Positions 58,394-64,000 of a DNA stretch of 64,000 nucleotides are shown piece by piece. Source of the DNA: Candidatus Omnitrophota bacterium (GTDB taxonomy: Bacteria > Omnitrophota > Gorgyraeia > 2-02-FULL-51-18). Position numbers and translations under genes: made by a program. Where the stretch lies: NCBI GenBank assembly GCA_945877765.1, contig CAMDWQ010000008.1, positions 13,774-77,773 of the forward strand. Reading direction: 5' to 3'. Under the pieces are notes generated by a model that worked only from the letters and a program-made list of their open reading frames with translations, was not told the DNA's origin and made no database searches. How positions within the stretch are numbered: position 1 is the first letter of the stretch; each line of letters starts with the position of its first letter.

Positions 58394-58945
58394 ATGAAGA
58401 TCGCCACTCGCATTGGTTTTGTTTCCCTATTTCTAATTTCGCCCCTTTTTCTTCAAGCCACAGCTTTTGCCGAGATGCTAGAGGGTCGCGTAGTACGGGC
58501 GAATTCTCAGTCGCTGGATTTGAGAGTGTATGACCCCCAGGGAAGACCTTACCCCAACACGCTTAATTTAAAAGTGGACGCCTACACGCGGGTGACCGGA
58601 GTTTCTTCTGTTTCCAATCTGCGTACTAACGACGCTGTTAGTGCCCAAGTGTATCAGGATGAATCCCGCACTTGGCACGTAGACAGAGTCACACTATTTC
58701 AGGAAATGAATGCGCGACCCGCGACTCAAAATCCCCCACCGTCTTTACGGGATGTCCTTGGAAACCCTATGGTTCGCGGCGCTCTCCTAGGCGCGGCTAC
58801 TGGTGCCATTGCCTCATCCACGTCAGGAGGAAAAGCAGGGAAGGGCGCTCTCGTCGGCGCTGGTGTTGGGGCCGCCGCAGGTCTCCTCGGTCAAATGTTC
58901 AGCCAAAACTCTAAATCTTCGCAGAACTCGGACGACCAACGGTAA
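58394..58945 (+). CDS. Secreted protein with a C-terminal glycine-zipper (Gly-zipper 2TM-like) segment
   Basis: Signal peptide MKIATRIGFVSLFLISPLFLQATAFA. The C-terminus is GALLGAATGAIASSTSGGKAGKGALVGAGVGAAAGLLGQMF (GxxxG repeats). The start is 3 nt after the toxin stop. Confidence 0.55.
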   Translation: MKIATRIGFVSLFLISPLFLQATAFAEMLEGRVVRANSQSLDLRVYDPQGRPYPNTLNLKVDAYTRVTGVSSVSNLRTNDAVSAQVYQDESRTWHVDRVTLFQEMNARPATQNPPPSLRDVLGNPMVRGALLGAATGAIASSTSGGKAGKGALVGAGVGAAAGLLGQMFSQNSKSSQNSDDQR

Positions 58946-58971
58946 CACCTCCGGACGCACGACACACCCCA

Positions 58972-59017
58972 CACTTCGGGAGTGTGCCGCAGCTTTTGGC
59001 GGCACTCTCGCGAAGTG
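58972..59017 (+). terminator. Strong stem-loop (19-bp stem, 2 mismatches, 8-nt loop) after the glycine-zipper gene; possible terminator, but it lacks a U-tract
   Basis: cacttcgggagtgtgccgc (58972-90) - agcttttg - gcggcactctcgcgaagtg (58999-59017). It lies 27 nt upstream of repeat copy C. Confidence 0.35.
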
Positions 59018-59043
59018 TGTTCTCGGTTGGGTGTAACGTTGAA

Positions 59044-59217
59044 GTGTTGCGCCGGGGCCTGATCGGTAAATCTTTTCGGGCCAGCGCTCTTTTGCCCCTC
59101 CGAGGCAAAATTCGCTCTAAAGACAAGCTCGCTCGTCCCGCTATAAAGAACGGGACTCCATGGCCGCTCGCTTGTCTAAGCGTCCCAAAAAGATTTCCCG
59201 CTCACCCGGCGCGGTGC
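59044..59217 (+). repeat. Copy C of the ~176-bp palindromic (MITE-like) repeat
   Basis: gtgttgcgccggggcctg…atcttttcggg…cttttgcc-cctccg-aggcaaaa…gtcccgc-tataaagaa-cgggac…gcgtcccaaaaagatttcccgctcacccggcgcggtgc. It is in the same orientation as copy A. Its internal hairpins carry compensatory changes. Confidence 0.65.
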
Positions 59218-59369
59218 TACGCTTTCCATAGCCTCACCCCAAGTTAATCGATATACAAATTCCTGAAAATAATCCTGACGAAAAGTAGGTTCTCTGTCGT
59301 CCTGTAGAGTAGATATGGAGGACTATATAATATGGCTAGAAATATGTATAAAAGTATGGTATTATTTCC

Positions 59370-59651
59370 ATGGAAGTAGTATCAGGTAGTTTTTGTTGGG
59401 ATGAATTCAAAGAGGACCAGAATATCTTGAAGCATGATGTTTGTTTTATCGCGGCTTCGAAAGCATTTTTCGACCCAAGTTGTTCGGTATTCAAAGATGA
59501 TGCGCATAGTTCGGTAGAAGAAAGATGGTTTTGTATTGGGATGGTCGATGGCAGGCCGATGACCGTTCGGTTTACTTATCGCGACCAGAGGATTCGTATT
59601 ATTGGAGCAGGCTACTGGAGAAGCAGAAGGAGGTATTATTATGAAAAATGA
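59370..59651 (+). CDS. brnT: BrnT toxin (DUF497 ribonuclease)
   Basis: FCWDEFKEDQNILKHDVCFIAASKAFFDP…DDAHSSVEERWFCIGMVDGRPMTVRFTYRDQRIRIIGAGYW matches the BrnT/DUF497 pattern (FEWDxxKxxxNxxKHGVxFxEA…DxxHSxxEER…G……RIISAR). Confidence 0.75.
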   Translation: MEVVSGSFCWDEFKEDQNILKHDVCFIAASKAFFDPSCSVFKDDAHSSVEERWFCIGMVDGRPMTVRFTYRDQRIRIIGAGYWRSRRRYYYEK

Positions 59652-59886
59652 AATTTTTGATGAGAATATGCCCCATGGGAAGCTTACGAGGGTTGAGAAT
59701 TTTTTGCCGCCGCCGAGTGAATTGATCATGCCTGAACAGCCGGTGAAAGTCACGATGATACTGAATAAACCCATCGTTGATTTCTTTAAACAGCAGGCGC
59801 ATCGGCATCACACCAAATATCAGCGGATGATACGTGAAGTGCTTGGGCAATATATGAATCAATACAAAGATCCGAAGGCAGCCTAA
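59641..59886 (+). CDS. brnA: BrnA antitoxin (RHH-containing)
   Basis: ATG 59641 follows GAAGGAGG. …VKVTMILNKPIVDFFKQQAHRHHTKYQRMIREVLGQYM matches BrnA (…IRLDxDVLDWFKxxGxGYQTxINxxLRxYM). It overlaps the brnT stop by 11 nt. Confidence 0.7.
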   Translation: MKNEIFDENMPHGKLTRVENFLPPPSELIMPEQPVKVTMILNKPIVDFFKQQAHRHHTKYQRMIREVLGQYMNQYKDPKAA

Positions 59887-60320
59887 TGCCAAAGCTTCGT
59901 TTAAAGATAAATTCGTTGAACGACAAATGGCACGACAGGGATGAGATTCTTCTCCACGCGTCATTTCAGATACTTGCTGACTTTATGGAGAAAGAGAAGC
60001 CTGGTAAGATCATTGACTGGAGCCACTATAAATTACACCGCCAGACTTGGAAAGAAATGAATTCTCTTTATTCTTGGTGGAAAAAAGAGAGGCCAAGCAG
60101 AAAAGATCCGATAGATGACAAAAGGGTGATTCACCCGCCATTTAAAACTGAGAAGAAAGAGGGAGAAAATTTTTCGCGTATGGTTGTGCCGGATAAGAAA
60201 AAATATGCCGCTTATTATCGGGCGCTAAAACGGTCTTGGAGGGTTGAAGACAAATGGAATGAAGAAGATCAGAAGAATTTGCATCGACTTATCCAGATTA
60301 GACATTTTTTGTGGACTTGA
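59886..60320 (+). CDS. Hypothetical Trp/Lys-rich protein (144 aa) translationally coupled to brnA
   Basis: Its ATG overlaps the brnA stop (TAATG). There is no recognisable homology. The gene is AT-rich like the brnTA DNA. Confidence 0.5.
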   Translation: MPKLRLKINSLNDKWHDRDEILLHASFQILADFMEKEKPGKIIDWSHYKLHRQTWKEMNSLYSWWKKERPSRKDPIDDKRVIHPPFKTEKKEGENFSRMVVPDKKKYAAYYRALKRSWRVEDKWNEEDQKNLHRLIQIRHFLWT

Positions 60321-60442
60321 TAGGATTGCGGTATAATCACTGCTCACGACATATTGTGCCACGGTATTTGTAAGATGTTAAAATTAAGATTTCTCGACTC
60401 GGGCCATTGCCCTCGCTCGAAATGACAGATAAAAGGAGTGTT

Positions 60443-60934
60443 ATGGCAAAAAAATTAAAATCCAAAACTGTGGGTCCCAAGGTTGATCCGTATTTAGACG
60501 GTCTGTTCACCAAGCTATTGGAGCGGTTGACGAGCCTCGATAGAAAAATGGATTCTCTGATTTCTCGGTCTTCGGTCAAACATCCGCAGAACGGTAATAA
60601 TCCATCGGTCCCAGTTTCGCCTGCACCAGTTCAGCCGCCGGCGCGCAAGGAGAGGACTTTGTACGAAGCCATCTGTGCGGATTGCAGTAAAGTTTGTGAG
60701 GTTCCCTTTAGGCCTGTCGAGGGTCGTGCGGTTTATTGTAAAGAGTGTTTCGGGAAACGTAAAAACGGCGGCAATCGTCCAGGTATGCCAATTTTGACGC
60801 CGGCAATGGCGTCTCCTAAGCCGGTCAGCAAGCTTGGTCTGGCACCAGCGACACCTGCTCCAGCGCAAGAGGATTCCAAGAAAGCCAAAAAGAGCGCTCC
60901 GGAAAAAAAGGCAAATAAAAAAAAGAAGAAGTAG
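60443..60934 (+). CDS. Hypothetical zinc-ribbon protein with a coiled-coil N-terminus and a Lys-rich C-terminal tail
   Basis: ATG 60443 follows AAAAGGAG. The single ribbon is CADCSKVC…PFRPVEGRAVYCKECF. The C-terminus is …KKAKKSAPEKKANKKKKK. The track's 60407 start is less likely. Confidence 0.55.
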   Translation: MAKKLKSKTVGPKVDPYLDGLFTKLLERLTSLDRKMDSLISRSSVKHPQNGNNPSVPVSPAPVQPPARKERTLYEAICADCSKVCEVPFRPVEGRAVYCKECFGKRKNGGNRPGMPILTPAMASPKPVSKLGLAPATPAPAQEDSKKAKKSAPEKKANKKKKK

Positions 60935-60989
60935 TCTCTGGCGGACATTGTTTGCCTAAATCGCGGTAAATCCTTAGAATAGCAACAGC

Positions 60990-63900
60990 ATGAAGCCATC
61001 ATTTACTCATTTACACGTTCACACCAAATATAGCCTACTGGATGCCGTTTGCCACATCGAAGATCTTGTCGAAGAGGCGAAAGCGTTTGGGATGCCGTCG
61101 ATTGCGATCACGGACAATGGCAATATGTTTGGGGTGGTTGAGTTTTACAGCGCTTGCAAAAAAGCGGGGATTAAGCCCATCATTGGCGCCGAGGTGTATG
61201 TCGCGCCGGAGAATCGTTTTGAGCGCGCGACCCACGGTCTTCAGGGCGCTTCCTATCCGATGGTGCTTCTCTGTGAAAATGACCTGGGCTATTACAACCT
61301 TGTCCAGCTGGTCAGTATTGGATTTTTGGAAGGATTCTACTACAAGCCGCGCGTCGACAAAGAAATGCTTCGCAAATATTCCAAGGGCTTGATCGCTCTC
61401 TCCGGGCCTCTCCGCGGAGAGATTCCCCACAATCTTAATTTGGGTCAGCCCGACAAAGCCACCAAAGCGGCGCTGGAGCTCCAAGAAATTTTTGGCAAAG
61501 AAAATTTTTACCTAGAAATTATTCATAGCGGCCTGCGAGAGCAAGAAAAAGCCAATGAGGAGATGATCAAACTCTCCAAAAAATTAGACATCCCCCTGAT
61601 CGCCGCAAATGATGTGCACTATTTAAAGCGTGAATACGCTCGTGCCCACGAGGTGATTACCTGTATTCAGTCGCAGCATACACTGGACGACCCTAAAAGA
61701 TTTCGTTTAAACACCGATGAATTTTATTTTAAAAGTCCCGAAGAGATGATTCGTAGTTATAAAGATACTCCCGAAGCTATTGAAAATGCGGTAAAAGTGG
61801 CGGAGCGCTGCAAGGTAGAATTTGATTTTACCAAGACCCATGTGCCGATTTTTGAGCCGCCTCCAGGAAAGACCCGCGAGGATTATTTTTGGGAATTGAT
61901 CCAAGCGGGTCTGGCCGAGCGCTATCCCCAGATCACCGATGTGATCAAAAAACGCGTCGAGCATGAATTTGAAGTCATCAAAAAAAGCGGTTATGTCAGC
62001 TATTTTCTCATCGTTTGGGATTTTGTGCATTTTGCCAAAAAAAGCGGGATCCCGGTGGGACCCGGCCGCGGATCTGCTGCGGGAAGTGTGATTAGTTACG
62101 CGCTGGGCATCACCGACATCGATCCTTTGCCTTACGATCTTCTGTTTGAGCGCTTCTTAAATCCTGAGCGTGTTACCATGCCGGATATCGATATTGATTT
62201 TTGCTATGAACGGCGCGATGACGTGATCAAGTATGTCACGGATAAATATTCTTCCGACAACGTGGCACAGATCATTACGTTCGGGACGATGATGGCCAAG
62301 GCCGTGATTCGCGATGTGGGGCGTGTGATGAATATGCCTTACTCCGAAGTGGACAGGATCGCTAAGCTGATTCCCACAGAGCTTGAAATTACCATCGAAA
62401 TGGCTCTTGAAAAAGAACCGGAGCTAAAAGCACTTTACAAAACCAATCCTCAGATAACTGAATTGATTAACACCTCCCAGATCCTGGAGGGAATGGCGCG
62501 TCACGCCTCAACGCATGCCGCCGGGGTCGTCATCAGCCAGAAACCATTGCGGGAACACGTGCCGCTCTACAAGACGGCCGACGGCGATATTTCGACGCAA
62601 TTTGGGATGGAGTCGCTGGAAAAGATAGGCCTTCTCAAAATGGATTTCCTGGGCCTGCGCACACTGACCGTCATTGACGACACGCTAAAAATTATTAAGC
62701 GCATCCAAAAAAAAGAGATTCGCTGGCGCGATATCCCGCTGGATGATAAAAAAACTTTTGACTACTTATGCAAAGCGCAGTCGATCGGCGTGTTTCAGCT
62801 GGAAAGCTCAGGGATGCGTGACATTTTAAAAAAATTGAGGCCGGATAAATTTGAGGATTTGATCGCGATCTTAGCGCTTTACCGGCCGGGCCCCATCGGC
62901 TCGGGCATGGTGGATGATTTTATCAAGAGGAAACATGGCGTTGTTCCGATCGTGTATGACCACCCGCTTTTAGAGCCTATTCTCAAAGACACTTACGGCA
63001 TTATCGTCTTCCAAGAACAGATCATGAAGATTGTGAACATCTTAGCCGGCTTCTCTCTGGGCAAATCCGATTCGTTGCGCCGCGCGATCTCCAAGAAGAA
63101 AGAAGATATCATGCTCGAAGCGCGCAAGGATTTCGTCGAGGGCTGCGCCAAAAACAAGATCGATACGAAGATCGCCGACAAAATATTTAATTTCATTGTC
63201 CACTTTGCCGGTTATGGTTTTAACAAATCTCACTCTGCCGCGTACGCGATGATTTCCTATCAGACCGCTTATTTAAAAGCCAACTATTCAGTCGAATTTA
63301 TGACAGCACTTCTCTCCTCGGAAAAAGACAACACCGATAAGGTCGTGTTGTATATTGACGAAGCTAAGCGTATGGGGCTTCAGGTACTGCCGCCGGATGT
63401 GAATGAAAGCTTTCCGCAGTTTACCGTAGTGGGAGCTGACACCATCCGTTTTGGTCTGTCGGCCGTAAAGAACGTGGGGCAGGCCGCCATTGACGCCATT
63501 ATTCAGGGCCGTATCAAACAGAACCGCTTCAAATCTTTTTATGATCTGACTGAAAGCGTGGATCTACGTGTGGTCAACCGCAAAGTGCTTGAAAGTCTGA
63601 TCAAATGCGGGGCATTTGACACGATGGGAATTTTTCGCTCGAGATTGTTTGAGGGTCTTGACCGGGCCTTAAGTCGTGCCGGCCAATCCCAGAAGGATAA
63701 ATCCAGCGGACAAATTTCATTTTTTGATTCTTTTGACCAGGCTAAGAGCCCTGACGGAGCCGACGATATGCCTGATATCCCGGAGTGGGAGGAGAGTGTT
63801 CGCTTAATCAATGAAAAGGAAATGCTCGGGTTTTATGTCACGGGTCATCCATTGGACCGCTACCGCAAAGAACTTAAAAGTTACTCGACCGTCAACTCTG

Positions 63901-64000
63901 CGACGATCGCTAACCGGCGCGATCAGGAAGAAGTCACAATCGGCGGCTTGGTGAGCAAGCTTAAACTGACTCAGACAAAAAAGAACAACGAACGTATGGC
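60990..64000 (+). CDS. dnaE: DNA polymerase III alpha subunit (3' end beyond the window)
   Basis: ATG at 60990. The PHP domain (MKPSFTHLHVHTKYSLLDAVCHIEDLVEEAKAFGMPSIAITDNGNMFG…) and the polymerase core (…FDLLFERFLNPERVTMPDIDIDF…, …GYGFNKSHSAAYA…) are present. The frame stays open to the window end, which is why this gene is missing from the supplied ORF track. Confidence 0.9.
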   Translation, partial: MKPSFTHLHVHTKYSLLDAVCHIEDLVEEAKAFGMPSIAITDNGNMFGVVEFYSACKKAGIKPIIGAEVYVAPENRFERATHGLQGASYPMVLLCENDLGYYNLVQLVSIGFLEGFYYKPRVDKEMLRKYSKGLIALSGPLRGEIPHNLNLGQPDKATKAALELQEIFGKENFYLEIIHSGLREQEKANEEMIKLSKKLDIPLIAANDVHYLKREYARAHEVITCIQSQHTLDDPKRFRLNTDEFYFKSPEEMIRSYKDTPEAIENAVKVAERCKVEFDFTKTHVPIFEPPPGKTREDYFWELIQAGLAERYPQITDVIKKRVEHEFEVIKKSGYVSYFLIVWDFVHFAKKSGIPVGPGRGSAAGSVISYALGITDIDPLPYDLLFERFLNPERVTMPDIDIDFCYERRDDVIKYVTDKYSSDNVAQIITFGTMMAKAVIRDVGRVMNMPYSEVDRIAKLIPTELEITIEMALEKEPELKALYKTNPQITELINTSQILEGMARHASTHAAGVVISQKPLREHVPLYKTADGDISTQFGMESLEKIGLLKMDFLGLRTLTVIDDTLKIIKRIQKKEIRWRDIPLDDKKTFDYLCKAQSIGVFQLESSGMRDILKKLRPDKFEDLIAILALYRPGPIGSGMVDDFIKRKHGVVPIVYDHPLLEPILKDTYGIIVFQEQIMKIVNILAGFSLGKSDSLRRAISKKKEDIMLEARKDFVEGCAKNKIDTKIADKIFNFIVHFAGYGFNKSHSAAYAMISYQTAYLKANYSVEFMTALLSSEKDNTDKVVLYIDEAKRMGLQVLPPDVNESFPQFTVVGADTIRFGLSAVKNVGQAAIDAIIQGRIKQNRFKSFYDLTESVDLRVVNRKVLESLIKCGAFDTMGIFRSRLFEGLDRALSRAGQSQKDKSSGQISFFDSFDQAKSPDGADDMPDIPEWEESVRLINEKEMLGFYVTGHPLDRYRKELKSYSTVNSATIANRRDQEEVTIGGLVSKLKLTQTKKNNERM

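Noticed and set aside
61035-61484. 149-aa minus-strand ORF and 61042..61392 + ORF near the 3' end
   Set aside because: Both lie inside the dnaE coding region (60990→window end), whose frame is open and homologous throughout. They are alternative-frame artefacts.

Overview
The window is a chromosomal segment from a Gram-negative (diderm) bacterium, since it encodes LptD. It is almost entirely + strand coding with conserved housekeeping genes. In order these are hrcA (3' end), grpE, dnaK, dnaJ and an FmdB-like gene; a DUF1015 gene, GT2, accD, an orphan MalK-like ABC ATPase, two tandem GGDEF cyclases and a ROK kinase; lptD followed by a nucleotide-sugar cluster (ugd, rmlA-like, rfbB, rfbD, a GDP-mannose-dehydratase-like gene, UDP-glucuronate decarboxylase and GT2); a DUF255 thioredoxin-like protein, tal, pgi, rfbC, rnd and gatCAB; then a polysaccharide deacetylase, tsaD, polA, glgA, coaE, rho, rpmE, prfA, prmC, murA, rpsP, trmD, rplS, rnhB and guaA; and finally dnaE, which runs off the window end. 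Three accessory islets interrupt this. (1) 4.1-6.1 kb holds a low-GC zinc-ribbon/DUF4145-like gene bracketed by an inverted pair of ~176-bp highly structured palindromic repeats, followed by higBA. (2) 23.2-32.2 kb holds AbiEi/AbiEii, two AAA+ ATPases fused to PD-(D/E)xK nuclease domains (DUF4143 and DUF234 types), and a secreted two-gene pair (a 1002-aa beta-rich outer-membrane-like protein and a six-bladed NHL propeller protein). (3) 57.8-60.3 kb holds a mazEF-like RHH/PemK pair, a glycine-zipper secreted protein, a third copy of the ~176-bp repeat, brnTA and a translationally coupled unknown third gene, all in AT-rich DNA. Two cis-element families not explained by the coding features stand out. 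One is the 3-copy ~176-bp MITE-like repeat, which shows compensatory base changes in its internal hairpins. The other is a 2-copy 73-nt double-hairpin motif whose stem sequences are swapped between the two hairpins in the two copies. No rRNA, tRNA, CRISPR array, transposase or integrase was seen. Most minus-strand ORFs in the track are antisense artefacts of conserved + strand genes.
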